Origin: a virus
Reading direction: 5' to 3' (one strand)
DNA length: 54,344 nucleotides
UHGV virus genome: UHGV-0189308
This document shows, in pieces, positions 36,754-46,333 of this stretch; positions within the stretch are counted from its first letter, which is position 1; each line of letters begins with the position of its first letter. Both the position numbers and the translations under genes were made by a program. Below the pieces are notes generated by a model, which saw nothing but the letters and a program-made list of their open reading frames with translations, made no database searches and was not told the DNA's origin.

Positions 36754-37098
36754 TTAGTTTTTTTTGGCATCTTCCAGTGTGCCGATAGCATGACGCTGTA
36801 CGGCAATGACCGCCTCCAGCAGATCTGCTCCCGAATGGGCTGACAGAAAAGCCTCTGCGGCCGGGAGTTCATCCGCTGCCGGGCGGCTTCCGTCCTCATT
36901 TACCAGCGCAGAGAGAAACAGTGTGATGCCACGGATAGAGGTCTGGCGAGCGTTGTCATCGCTCTTTTCCAGCGCCTGCAGATCGGCTTCATAATCCCAT
37001 AGTTCCTCCTGCGTCAGACGGCGAATAAAGATCTGCTGACCAAGCAGCGTAATCGGGTGGGCTTTGATAATAGGGTTGAGAAGGTTTTGATAATTCAC
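36754..37098 (-). CDS. tail assembly chaperone (gpG-like)
   Basis: Acidic 114-aa protein directly upstream of the tape measure. Ends in an A8 slippery run. Confidence 0.65.
   Translation of the reverse strand: MNYQNLLNPIIKAHPITLLGQQIFIRRLTQEELWDYEADLQALEKSDDNARQTSIRGITLFLSALVNEDGSRPAADELPAAEAFLSAHSGADLLEAVIAVQRHAIGTLEDAKKN
36757..36768 (-). other. candidate programmed -1 frameshift site (G-T type), A AAA AAC on minus strand
   Basis: The G frame ends GCC AAA AAA AAC TAA. The -1 frame continues CCA AAA AAA ACT AAC... to a stop at 36702 (tool ORF 36702..36899). Confidence 0.4.
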
Positions 37099-37112
37099 AG
37101 TCGTTATTCCTT

Positions 37113-37592
37113 TTATTCAGTGCCACTATTGGCGGCGTTCGTGGTAGTCCACTTCACGCCGCCGTTCTGCTTGCCGTATACCTCGTCCTGCAGGACTTTA
37201 CCATCAGGCTGGTCAACGGCCTGCTGCGCCCATCCGGACAGCACCAGCTCCATTTCCGCCGAGCGCCCATTTGGGAAGTCGAAGAAAAACGCCACGGTCT
37301 TATTGGCCTCCGCCGCTTCCAGCAACGCCTGCTGATTCGCATCCGTCGGATCGGCAATAAACACTAGGGTTTTATCCTCACCCTCGCCCATATCGGCCAT
37401 GTATTTCGGATCACGGTCAATCAGGCGTGTCACCTTCATGAAGGTGCCCTTTTTGCCTACGGCACCGATGGCCATCGTACTTTGCAGTAGCTTTGCCGCC
37501 GCCTTCAGCGTGCCTTTCATACCCCAGTACGTGCGGGTTCCCGCCGGAATGCTTGCATATTCCGAGGGGCTTTTAATGACGTCTTCACCCAT
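37113..37592 (-). CDS. major tail (tube) protein
   Basis: 159 aa between the HK97 gp10-like gene and the G chaperone. Canonical position. Confidence 0.6.
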   Translation of the reverse strand: MGEDVIKSPSEYASIPAGTRTYWGMKGTLKAAAKLLQSTMAIGAVGKKGTFMKVTRLIDRDPKYMADMGEGEDKTLVFIADPTDANQQALLEAAEANKTVAFFFDFPNGRSAEMELVLSGWAQQAVDQPDGKVLQDEVYGKQNGGVKWTTTNAANSGTE

Positions 37593-37612
37593 TTTTTTCT
37601 CTCTCTTTTTGA

Positions 37613-38086
37613 CTACCGGCCTTCCAGCCCATAGCGAATTTCAGCTGCCAGTATCGACAGCACTTTTTCGACGTTGTAATCCAGCGCCGGACGGATAAAC
37701 GGCTTAGCCACCTGTTTCACCGTGCCGAACTCCTGCGCCAGCGCTTTCATGTGATGCGCTTTGCTGGGACCGACTCGAAACGTGATGAGAGTCCCGTAAC
37801 GCTCGCTCTTTGCTGCGCTGGTTGAGCTACGGATTTTGATCGTGTCGCGCATGTGCGGCCCGCCGCTTAACTCGTCGTAGCCGGCGTTTTGCTGCATATC
37901 TTCCTGCACGATAGCCAGCGCCCGGCGCCCGGCATCACGCAACAACCTGGTGCTGACCTTCTTGTCCATCTCGGAAATCAGGCGTTCAAAATCCTTCCCC
38001 GACGGGAATTTCATCTCAATGCGCATGGGGTTACTCCGGAGTGGTGAATATAAAGTCGCGCACCAGTCGGTACTGGATGCGACCAC
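37613..38086 (-). CDS. tail component, HK97 gp10-like
   Basis: Position and size. Probable start about 38026 (MRIEMKF). Confidence 0.55.
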   Translation of the reverse strand: MVASSTDWCATLYSPLRSNPMRIEMKFPSGKDFERLISEMDKKVSTRLLRDAGRRALAIVQEDMQQNAGYDELSGGPHMRDTIKIRSSTSAAKSERYGTLITFRVGPSKAHHMKALAQEFGTVKQVAKPFIRPALDYNVEKVLSILAAEIRYGLEGR

Positions 38087-38411
38087 TGGTCAGCGTGATC
38101 TTGTCCTGCTGGATACTGCCGCGCGTCACATAACTGACCGGACAATCCTCAAGCCGGGTTTGCACAATGGCTTTCCATTCTGACCAAAGCTGCTTATCCA
38201 GCATCAGCAGGCGGCTGTAGTTATCGATCAGATAAATCGCCACCTGTATGCGGACAGAGGAAATCCCGGTTCTGGCCAGGCCAGCCCCTACCGGCGCATC
38301 CGAAATACGCTGGTAAGTCACGCCTTCCTGGACCGTGTCCGGCAGTAAAAGCGGATACGCATTCATGCCGGTGATGCGCTCCAGCGCACCCTTAATCGCC
38401 AGCTCTATCAT
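38031..38411 (-). CDS. head-tail joining / tail completion protein (HK97 gp9-like)
   Basis: The tool ORF 38031..38696 has a spurious N-terminal extension. A start at MIELAIKG (about 38411) gives a 127-aa product in the canonical position. Confidence 0.5.
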   Translation of the reverse strand: MIELAIKGALERITGMNAYPLLLPDTVQEGVTYQRISDAPVGAGLARTGISSVRIQVAIYLIDNYSRLLMLDKQLWSEWKAIVQTRLEDCPVSYVTRGSIQQDKITLTSGRIQYRLVRDFIFTTPE

Positions 38412-38787
38412 GCCGCCCGTCAGCCTCCCCCGTGATAATGATCCGGTCCGTTTTGCGGTCGATATTCCGGACGGTATAAACCAGATTTTTCGTCGTGATT
38501 TTCCAGTCAATATCAACCAGCACACCCGGATAGACCGTAAACAGGCAGGTTTCCACCACCTGCTGCTGATCCAGCGTGCGGATTTTCCGCCCCGATACCA
38601 GCTCCCGTTTTGCCCACGCTTTTCCCGATTCAACCTGCTTTTCCGGTAGCGGTTCACCCAGCGGCCCACGACCGGACTGAACGTGGCTAATTGCAATGCG
38701 ACAGTTCATATCACCCGGTTTCAGGCTCATAGCGTATGCTCCTGCAGGGGGAAAAGAAGATGCCTCACCGCAGCGGTTTCCAGCCAC
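38392..38787 (-). CDS. head-tail adaptor / head closure protein
   Basis: Likely start MSLKPGD at about 38730, coupled to the upstream connector gene stop. Confidence 0.5.
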   Translation of the reverse strand: MAGNRCGEASSFPPAGAYAMSLKPGDMNCRIAISHVQSGRGPLGEPLPEKQVESGKAWAKRELVSGRKIRTLDQQQVVETCLFTVYPGVLVDIDWKITTKNLVYTVRNIDRKTDRIIITGEADGRHDRAGD

Positions 38788-39044
38788 TGTCCGGTATGGC
38801 CATTCAGATACGCATCGCTGACCAGAAACTGAATAGCCAGCCGGATATCTTCATCCGCGATAAATCCGCGGACGGTCTCCGGGAGCGCCTGCAGCTCTTC
38901 ATCACTGGTGACCAGCTTGCAGTAATAATCACGCTCGATGCTCCGCTGCGCGGCGTTCACCATTTGCGTGAGCATGGCGTCATGCTCCATGAAATCCAGT
39001 TCCAGGCGTAGCTGGGTTTTCACATCATCCAATGTCAGTATCAA
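38727..39044 (-). CDS. head-tail connector (gp6-like DNA-packaging/connector protein)
   Basis: 105-aa helical protein downstream of the capsid region. Typical gp6-like size and position. Confidence 0.6.
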   Translation of the reverse strand: MILTLDDVKTQLRLELDFMEHDAMLTQMVNAAQRSIERDYYCKLVTSDEELQALPETVRGFIADEDIRLAIQFLVSDAYLNGHTGQWLETAAVRHLLFPLQEHTL

Positions 39045-39396
39045 AATCGCTGTCTCCCGGCTTCGGTTTCAGCGCGCGTTCGGCATCCTTCGGCCATACC
39101 GCGATACGGCGCTTAACCAGCTCTTCGGCGTGCGATCCTTCAAACCACGCGATATCACCACGGGAATAACGGCTATGCGGACCGAGGAACACAACGGATT
39201 TGCGTTCTGCCTGTGCGACCACGGTCGCACGGTTATCCTGTGCGGTCTCAGTCGCATGGTTGTCCTGTGCGGTCTCGGTCGCATGGTGGTCCTGTGCGGT
39301 CTCGGTCGCATGGTGGTCCTGTACGACCGTTTCTTCCGGCTCCACTGCTTTATTTTTCGCAGTCATGACATTCTCCTTAAAGGGAAAAGCCCGCAT
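39025..39396 (-). CDS. head-associated protein with tandem QDHHATETA repeats
   Basis: Start probably MTAKNK (about 39366). Encoded by a 27-bp x4 tandem DNA repeat at 39215-39330. Confidence 0.5.
   Translation of the reverse strand: MRAFPFKENVMTAKNKAVEPEETVVQDHHATETAQDHHATETAQDNHATETAQDNRATVVAQAERKSVVFLGPHSRYSRGDIAWFEGSHAEELVKRRIAVWPKDAERALKPKPGDSDFDTDIG
39215..39330. repeat. 27-bp tandem repeat (about 4 copies) inside the head-associated gene
   Basis: gtcctgtgcggtctcggtcgcatggtg units. Copies differ at 1-3 positions. Confidence 0.7.
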
Positions 39397-39424
39397 ATGC
39401 GGGCTTTATTAACAGAGGGGGGGG

Positions 39425-40711
39425 TTAGAACAGGACACCGGTACCCAGCACCAGGCCTTCCGGATGACGGAAGCCGATATCGTGTTCGAGGACGACGCGG
39501 ATCAGCGACTGGTTTCGCGCAAACGCGGAAACCGTGTTGCCTTCGGCATCCAGGTAGGTGGCTTCTCTGGAGAAATCGACCTTCATGGCGCCATCTTCAC
39601 CGATAACAACATCATTAAAGTCAGCGAAATAAATTTCCGATTCCTTGCCACTTTCGCCCAGGTTAACCGGAATAGCGCTGGTATGCTGAATCGGATAGCC
39701 CTTGAGCATCCCCTGCGCCATTTCCGGATAGACTTTGTTGCCGTTGCCGTCACGCAGGCCAAACAGCTTCATATAGGTACGGTTCGACATACCCCAGCCG
39801 CAACGGATCATCAGGCTGTTGCCATCCATCGCCATCAAAATAATCTTGTCCAGGTACTCATCAACCGTGTTCAGGTTGATCGTGGAACCCGCTTCCCACG
39901 GCAGCAGGCGGTTCCACTGCGTCGCACGTGCCTTCATACCAATCGGTGTATCGCCGGTACCGTCATCGCGCATAAACGCTTTATCCTCACGAACAGAGAT
40001 GGCGGTCAGAATATCCTGCAGGACCAGCTGCTCAACGTTAAAACCGGCGCGGCCAATCAGCTGGTTCGACATCGGGACCAGTGCGATCATGGTTTTGGCA
40101 TTCAGTTTTACATCGTCGAATTTTGATTCAGACGATTTGGCATCCTTTCCTTCGCCGGTGTAGCTGGCCGTTGCACCGCCAGCCGAGCGCGGTAACGACA
40201 GATTACCGTTAGGCAGCGGAATGGAGCGGGCGCCCAGCTTACGGACGATGGTACGGTCGCTCAGCAGCTCGATGACTTCGTTTTGCATGTTCTCCGGGAT
40301 GAGCGCCCCACCGGAACCCGCAGCGGTGGAAATGGCCATCGATACGGACTGGTCATTCAGCTCTTCTGAAGCGAATTTTGCCGCGTCCTGCAGATTACCT
40401 GCGCCTGCGGCGACAGACATCACCAGTCGGGTCATGCCAGCACCGGTGTACTGTTTCGGCTCCTGCTTAATAATAATGCCGGGGGCCTGCTGAGTCGCTT
40501 TCACGGGCTTTGCGACCAGCGCCGCAGCACGTTCGGCGGCTTCCAGGCGTTCAATTTTGGCGCTGATATCAGTGAACTGCTGCTGCAGGTTCGCAAACTC
40601 CGTCATCTGCTCCGCAGTCAGCGTACCGCCGCTGGCGTCAATGGTTGCCAGGGCCTGAACCTGTTCGTTGATACCCGCACGCTGACGACGCAATTCTTCA
40701 ATATGTGGCAT
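39425..40711 (-). CDS. major capsid protein (HK97 fold) with N-terminal delta/scaffold-like domain
   Basis: 428 aa. Coiled-coil N-terminal about 100 aa, then a capsid-like body. Follows the protease gene. Confidence 0.85.
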   Translation of the reverse strand: MPHIEELRRQRAGINEQVQALATIDASGGTLTAEQMTEFANLQQQFTDISAKIERLEAAERAAALVAKPVKATQQAPGIIIKQEPKQYTGAGMTRLVMSVAAGAGNLQDAAKFASEELNDQSVSMAISTAAGSGGALIPENMQNEVIELLSDRTIVRKLGARSIPLPNGNLSLPRSAGGATASYTGEGKDAKSSESKFDDVKLNAKTMIALVPMSNQLIGRAGFNVEQLVLQDILTAISVREDKAFMRDDGTGDTPIGMKARATQWNRLLPWEAGSTINLNTVDEYLDKIILMAMDGNSLMIRCGWGMSNRTYMKLFGLRDGNGNKVYPEMAQGMLKGYPIQHTSAIPVNLGESGKESEIYFADFNDVVIGEDGAMKVDFSREATYLDAEGNTVSAFARNQSLIRVVLEHDIGFRHPEGLVLGTGVLF

Positions 40712-40788
40712 TTTATTTCTCTCTTTTTAGACATAAAAAAAGCAGCCTGCTGGCTGCTTAAGGTGACGCGGTTTGTGTTTGCGCCGGG

Positions 40789-41709
40789 TTACATTTTGGT
40801 TTGCAGGTCCATCGCGGCTGCCTGCATCTGAATGGAGGTTTTTTGACGGGGTTGCTGATAGTTTGCCGCGATAGCATTGATCGCCGCCTGGGGGTCAGAG
40901 ACTTCATCCGCCAGGCCGGCAGACACCGCGCCAGGGCCAAAATACAGCCCCGCCTGTGTATCAATGACGGCCTGCTGCTTCAGGCCGCGATATTCGGCCA
41001 CCGACCCCGTAAACGTCTCGTACATTTCGTCGATCATGCCCTGGAACATACCCAGCGACTCTTCACTCAGTGGTTCATGTTGGGTGCCGTTATTTTTGTT
41101 ATCTCCCCGGTAAATGGTGGTGAACGTCAGCCCCATTTTTTCTTCCATCTTCGACGTATCGAGGTGCTCCATTATCACACCAATCGACCCCACGCCACTG
41201 GTCTGGCTGACGATGATTTTGCTGCAGGCTGATGCGATGAAATACGCGGCGGAATACGCGCTGTAGTTCACAATCGCCGTGATGGGCTTCGAGTCGCGAG
41301 ACTGATAAATGTAATCGGCCAGCTCCTTGCACCCCACCGCTGCGCCACCGCCGGAGTTAATATCCAGAACGATTTCGCTGATTGAGGGGTCGTTTAACGC
41401 CGCCTGCAACTGCCCGCGGATCCGCTCGTAGCTGGTCAGCTCGGAGCACATCGCCGTAATCTGCCCCCGGCGTGGAACGAGAATGCCGTGAACGGGGATC
41501 ACCGCCACCCCGCCGGTGGGTTGGACCTGCTCAGCAGCAGGTGATTTACCCGGATTCAGCGCCATCTGAATGGCGGCATCTTCGGTGATCCCCTGAATAC
41601 GGGGGATGAGCACCGCTTTCACGGAGTCCATTGTTTGCCGCGTCACGTAATGCGGCACGCCAAAGACCATATCTGCCAGGTGCGGCAGGTTAATTAATTT
41701 CGTTGTCAT
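40789..41709 (-). CDS. prohead protease (S49/ClpP-like serine peptidase)
   Basis: IVLDINSGGGAAVG and SAAYFIASAC match the ClpP/SppA fold. Sits between portal and capsid. Confidence 0.8.
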   Translation of the reverse strand: MTTKLINLPHLADMVFGVPHYVTRQTMDSVKAVLIPRIQGITEDAAIQMALNPGKSPAAEQVQPTGGVAVIPVHGILVPRRGQITAMCSELTSYERIRGQLQAALNDPSISEIVLDINSGGGAAVGCKELADYIYQSRDSKPITAIVNYSAYSAAYFIASACSKIIVSQTSGVGSIGVIMEHLDTSKMEEKMGLTFTTIYRGDNKNNGTQHEPLSEESLGMFQGMIDEMYETFTGSVAEYRGLKQQAVIDTQAGLYFGPGAVSAGLADEVSDPQAAINAIAANYQQPRQKTSIQMQAAAMDLQTKM

Positions 41710-41745
41710 GTTGTCTTCCAGGTCATCCCGCGCGGCGGGAAATAA

Positions 41746-43005
41746 TCAGGCTCTGGTCAGAAGGGTTTCGATTTCGGCCAGCTGTTTTGCTGTCGGCGAC
41801 TTATCGCCAGGAAGGATCTTCGCGCTGTCGACCATATTGAGCGGCGTCAGGTATTTGTCCCCGCCGGCAATTGGCGGCAGATTCTCCATACGCCGGATAT
41901 CGTTAGTGGATAGCCATCCCCACTGGCGGCCCAGCGCATACGATTCATAGCGTGACTTCTGGTCGCCTCGCAGCAGCCCGGAAACGTTGAACTCGATGTA
42001 CAAATCGCGGCGTTCGCTGGGCAGAAGCAGATCGCGCTGCAGCGCACCCTCATGGCGTTTCAGCCAGGCCAGCAGCGTGTACATCACGAACTGCAGGCCC
42101 TGGTGCTCAATGTTGTTGTTGGTCGCTTTCGCCAGCATCTGCACCATATGTGGCGGAATTTTATAGAGCCGGCAGACCTCTTCCACGCCCCACTGCCGCG
42201 ACTGTAGCAGCTGCGCCTTTTCGTTATCCTGAGACAGTTGTTTGTAGCTCATGCCCTCCTGCAGCAATGCCACAGAGAACATATTGTGAATACCGGAATG
42301 GCGCTCGGTCCATTTCGCCAGCAGGCGATCAATAGCATCCTGACTTTTAATGGTCGCGGCCTCTTTCGGACGCTCTATCACCCCGCTCATCGTTGTCCCG
42401 CGCCGGAATGTCGCGGCCGCATGCTCCTCAACCGCAAGATTCAGCCCCAGAACATCGGCGTTCGTCTGAATGGGGGAACTGCCGATATAGCCATCCAGAG
42501 AAAAGACCTTCACATGGTGCATCATGCGCATCGGCAGAATTTCGCCGACTTCCGGGAGTTGGTAATACGGCATACCGTCCGGCCCTTTCAGCACTATGAC
42601 CTTTTTCGGGTTAATGGGGATCAGCTCTTTCGGGTAGCCTTTTCCGTCCCGTTCGATGATCGAGTAGCAATTTCCCTCCAGCCCCAGCAACCCCTGCTGC
42701 TGCTCGAAATACTCGAATGAGGTGTCTTTCCTGTTAGGCTGGGAGTGAATCAGGTCATAAACCGGGTGATCCGTTGCACGCTGGCGCCCGCCATTATTAT
42801 CCCGCCGGTAAAGTTCGCACGGCAGCTGCGCGACGGACTCCGCCAGGAGGGTGACACAGGCCCGGATCGCAGAAAGTCCCAGAGCAGTTTCCGGCGTGAT
42901 TATGATGCCAGTTTTGCTCTGGCTTGAACGAACCCCGCCCAGCATGGCTTCCCAGAAGCTATTTCCCGAGTATTGTTGGCCCCTGAACATCTGGGGTAGG
43001 AACAT
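41746..43005 (-). CDS. portal protein (HK97 family)
   Basis: 419 aa in the canonical position after the terminase large subunit. Confidence 0.85.
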   Translation of the reverse strand: MFLPQMFRGQQYSGNSFWEAMLGGVRSSQSKTGIIITPETALGLSAIRACVTLLAESVAQLPCELYRRDNNGGRQRATDHPVYDLIHSQPNRKDTSFEYFEQQQGLLGLEGNCYSIIERDGKGYPKELIPINPKKVIVLKGPDGMPYYQLPEVGEILPMRMMHHVKVFSLDGYIGSSPIQTNADVLGLNLAVEEHAAATFRRGTTMSGVIERPKEAATIKSQDAIDRLLAKWTERHSGIHNMFSVALLQEGMSYKQLSQDNEKAQLLQSRQWGVEEVCRLYKIPPHMVQMLAKATNNNIEHQGLQFVMYTLLAWLKRHEGALQRDLLLPSERRDLYIEFNVSGLLRGDQKSRYESYALGRQWGWLSTNDIRRMENLPPIAGGDKYLTPLNMVDSAKILPGDKSPTAKQLAEIETLLTRA

Positions 43006-43184
43006 TATTCACCTCCGCCATTGCTGACGCCGGAGGAAAAGGCCCGGGTTGTCATATATGACCAGCCCAGACAAATAATCCCTCCTGTTATCAATCCCAC
43101 TGATGGAGAAATAAGCCAGGCACCTGCGGATAACAATCCAGCACCAGTGAGGCCGACAATAAAACTCAGAACTGAAATTAGCAT
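43005..43184 (-). CDS. unannotated 59-aa hydrophobic (2-TM) ORF wedged between TerL and portal
   Basis: Hand translation gives MLISVLSFIVGLTGAGLLSAGAWLISPSVGLITGGIICLGWSYMTTRAFSSGVSNGGGE. The ATG overlaps the TerL stop (ATGCTAA) and the stop overlaps the portal ATG (TAATG). Below the ORF-track cutoff. Confidence 0.4.
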   Translation of the reverse strand: MLISVLSFIVGLTGAGLLSAGAWLISPSVGLITGGIICLGWSYMTTRAFSSGVSNGGGE

Positions 43185-44899
43185 GCTATATCTTCCTCAT
43201 CGTATACGGATGTCATCACTGAACTGTTAAGCATGGCGCGCCCCAGCCCCATCATTAAACCAACCGCACCATCAATCTTGTTCTGCCGCCCTTCTTTCCC
43301 GGGACGCACAATATCGTCACTTCCGGGAAGGTACTGACCGACGATATTGGAAATACACCAGTTCATGACAGGGTGTCCGTCATGATGGAATCTCCCCGAG
43401 ATGAGCGCAGCCTCAATCTCTCTCATAGGATCACTCATATGGGTAAAATTTTGTCTTATCTCGACAGGCTCAAGCCCCTCTTCCTCGAGCATGTGACGTA
43501 ATGAAGTCGCGCCATAAGGGTCAATGGGGCATTGGGCAATTTTTACGGTATTCCGCAGTTTCAGGATCGTTTCAAATATCAGCCTGTAATCAACTTCGCC
43601 GCCATCGGTCGGGATCAACTTACCCTGCCGGACAAAGGACTGATAACGTTCTGCGGTACTCTTCAGCGCGGTCTCCTGCGAGTAAATTGTTTCTTCCGGT
43701 GCCCAGAACAGAGGTGAAACACAGTAAAAATGTGTTATTCCATCTATTTCACGACGAAAAACCGGAACCACGGCATTGAGGTCAACTTTCGAGGCCAGAT
43801 CGATACCCAGCCAGCATTCCTCCCCTTCAAAATCTGACAACTTAAGGGTTTTATCGGCCGCATCCATCCATTTTCTCAGGTCGTAATAAGCTGATTTTGC
43901 GCTTACCCAGCGATTGAAATGCTTGGTCAGAATCTTGTTTGTCTGCCCGGGCGTCGACATACCCAATAATTGTTTCGCCCGGAGAAAATCTGCTTTTACC
44001 GAAATGCCATAGTTGGGGTTTGCCTTGATTAATGCCTCGGGAGTCGTCCAGTCATCATCGTCATCAAGGCCATAAATCAGCCCAAATATGGTTTCATTTT
44101 CCTCGCCATTACGGGTTCTCCGCAGGATCTCAACAACCTGAGTACGCTTTTCATAGCAAGGGGATGTAATGTCATAGCCGGCGGTGGTGATGATCAGTGT
44201 CATCGGTTGTTCACGAGCTCCCATACCGGTGGTCATGGTGGTGTAAAGCGCGTCAGTAGTATGTTCGTGATATTCATCAATGATGGCGCATGATGGCGAA
44301 TCACCATCCCCCGGGTCACCGATCACCGGCGCAAAAACCGAACCGTCAGGGCGCGTCATTTTTTTTGCCCAGGGTTTTATCGAGAATTTTTGCCGCAATG
44401 CCGGCAGCTTTTTCACCATTTGCAGCGCCGGAGAAAATACCTTCCATGCCTGTTTTTCAGTCGTGGCGCCGCAATAGACTTCTGCACCATGCTCGCCATC
44501 TGCACAAAACATATAATTTCCTACAGCAGCGGCAATAGCGGATTTCCCGTTCTTCCTGGGCACCTCGATATAGATTTCAGAGAAACGACGCAGACCTGTC
44601 TTCTTGTGTACCCATCCAAACGGTACGCCAAGAGCGAACTTCTGCCAGGCTTCAAATTCAATCCGGAGTTTACGCCGGGCCCATTCCCCTGAGGTATGAG
44701 GCATTTTCTGGGCAAAACGAAGAAATCGTTCTGCTTTGTTTTTATCGAAGCGGTAGGGCCAGTGGGGATCCTTTGCTCGTTCGAGGTCGTCCAGATGTCG
44801 CTGACAGGCAAGTACCGTTAACTGACACGCCAGAATCTTCCCGCCAACGATATCCCGCGCATACTGGTTCGCCGCATTGACGTTCGGATAGGTAGCCAT
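43178..44899 (-). CDS. terminase large subunit
   Basis: 573 aa. Walker A-like region near the N-terminus and a C-terminal nuclease region. Coupled to TerS (ATGA overlap at 44899). Confidence 0.9.
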   Translation of the reverse strand: MATYPNVNAANQYARDIVGGKILACQLTVLACQRHLDDLERAKDPHWPYRFDKNKAERFLRFAQKMPHTSGEWARRKLRIEFEAWQKFALGVPFGWVHKKTGLRRFSEIYIEVPRKNGKSAIAAAVGNYMFCADGEHGAEVYCGATTEKQAWKVFSPALQMVKKLPALRQKFSIKPWAKKMTRPDGSVFAPVIGDPGDGDSPSCAIIDEYHEHTTDALYTTMTTGMGAREQPMTLIITTAGYDITSPCYEKRTQVVEILRRTRNGEENETIFGLIYGLDDDDDWTTPEALIKANPNYGISVKADFLRAKQLLGMSTPGQTNKILTKHFNRWVSAKSAYYDLRKWMDAADKTLKLSDFEGEECWLGIDLASKVDLNAVVPVFRREIDGITHFYCVSPLFWAPEETIYSQETALKSTAERYQSFVRQGKLIPTDGGEVDYRLIFETILKLRNTVKIAQCPIDPYGATSLRHMLEEEGLEPVEIRQNFTHMSDPMREIEAALISGRFHHDGHPVMNWCISNIVGQYLPGSDDIVRPGKEGRQNKIDGAVGLMMGLGRAMLNSSVMTSVYDEEDIAC

Positions 44900-45333
44900 C
44901 AGTCAAACTCATCGAATTCATTCCCGTCATCGTCCGGATCCTTTTGTCCGCTGGTCATGCGAAGACGACTGAGCGGATCTAACCCCAACAGAGAGCCGAG
45001 GCGGGCAAGCTGGGAAACCGAGTCATTCCGGACATTGACTGCAGGGTGTTTTTTCAGGCCCCCCATTTCACTTTCTGAGGTCAGTCCGCTGGCCAGCATT
45101 TTTTCGGCTTCGAGCATCAGATGAAAAGCATTGCAATAAGCCAGCAACAAAGGTGCGTCCTCCAGCTCAAACACCCCTCGGTCGATGAGTATTTTGCTTT
45201 GCGTCTTCCACATTCTTATTGCCGCCTCCCCCATTAACTCAGCGGGAGGCGCAATACGTGTTAATTTGCTTTTTTGCCCGGTGGGTAAAGTGGGTTTTCG
45301 GCCACCACCGGACGATCGAATTCCTCCGGCCAT
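44899..45333 (-). CDS. terminase small subunit (P27 family-like)
   Basis: 144 aa. Basic N-terminus and acidic C-terminus. Immediately upstream of TerL. Confidence 0.7.
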   Translation of the reverse strand: MAGGIRSSGGGRKPTLPTGQKSKLTRIAPPAELMGEAAIRMWKTQSKILIDRGVFELEDAPLLLAYCNAFHLMLEAEKMLASGLTSESEMGGLKKHPAVNVRNDSVSQLARLGSLLGLDPLSRLRMTSGQKDPDDDGNEFDEFD

Positions 45334-45581
45334 AAACGTTCCTTTGATAGATGAAACCTTCCGGAAAAAAGTTTCTTATTTCTGGCGTGTAAAAATAGAC
45401 TTCAACGGGCAGTCCCGAAGCGCGAAAGGGGTCAGGGATTTGATCCCCCCTACCCCTGGCTGCAGCTGCCTCTGTCGAGGTGGAGGTCGTCATTCCGGCT
45501 GCGCCGGCGGCGAATGCGGTTCGCATTGCGTGGGCCGGCGTATCTCAGACGTTCAATGAACACCAGTTGTTATACCGGCGA

Positions 45582-46013
45582 TCAGGATCCTGTCTCGGTA
45601 GCGGAGCCTCCATCGGCCTGCAGTACGCTTTCTGGTAGCCGTTCATCTAATGGCTGGTTCTCGAACACCTTCATGCCAAACTGACCGATCCAGGTGCTGA
45701 CTGAGTTGATGTTCCCTGCGATGAAGTCGGTCACCTCGGCGATCAATCCTTTAACGACGACATCCGTACTCTGACGCCAGTAATTCTCAATCGCGACCAG
45801 CAACGGATCGGAACCATTACTGACAGATTGTTCACCTACGCTATACGTTTTTTTCTTCGCGCTATCGGTGATACATCGCAGCTGGCTGGTCTGGACGGCC
45901 CCAGCCTCTGCAGCGATGACCTGCATCGTCAACGTAGCCACTTTGTTCCCGTCTGCATCAGCGCTGGATGCATAGAACATGGAAAGCGTCAGATCCGTGC
46001 GTTGATACATCAT
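45582..46013 (-). CDS. hypothetical protein
   Basis: 143-aa ORF between the HNH region and the putative cos/TerS region. No motif recognised. Confidence 0.35.
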   Translation of the reverse strand: MMYQRTDLTLSMFYASSADADGNKVATLTMQVIAAEAGAVQTSQLRCITDSAKKKTYSVGEQSVSNGSDPLLVAIENYWRQSTDVVVKGLIAEVTDFIAGNINSVSTWIGQFGMKVFENQPLDERLPESVLQADGGSATETGS

Positions 46014-46333
46014 TGCTTACCTCCACGACGATGACGTGAACGGCGACCACCGGGAACCATTGTCTGTTGTTCCTGCACCAACTCCCCCTCTAAAGGCTCC
46101 TGATCCAGTGCAGGTGATGAAACAGGGGCCGGAGCAATATCATGTGCAATCGTCAGTTTCAGCAGTGGGCGGCCGCCCTGGACATGCTCAAAATGGATGC
46201 CATGTACGGCTTCATTCATTCGTGACTGACCATCCGTCTCCAGAACGGTCAAAACACCATCAACGTATTCAATTTTGAAACTCTTCATCGGGTTCTCTCT
46301 GTTGCTGTTTTCTTGCTGTGGCAGGTCCAGCAC
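46010..46333 (-). CDS. small protein, paralog B (MKSFKIEYVDGVLTV...)
   Basis: Probable start MKSFKI (about 46288), abutting the HNH stop. N-terminus paralogous to the small ORF upstream of HNH. Confidence 0.4.
   Translation of the reverse strand: MLDLPQQENSNRENPMKSFKIEYVDGVLTVLETDGQSRMNEAVHGIHFEHVQGGRPLLKLTIAHDIAPAPVSSPALDQEPLEGELVQEQQTMVPGGRRSRHRRGGKQ

Noticed and set aside
39464-40126. 220-aa plus-strand ORF
   Set aside because: Antisense to the major capsid gene.
45334-45581. Possible cos site upstream of TerS
   Set aside because: Plausible location, with a short inverted repeat gggatttgatccc. The cohesive-end sequence cannot be identified from sequence alone.
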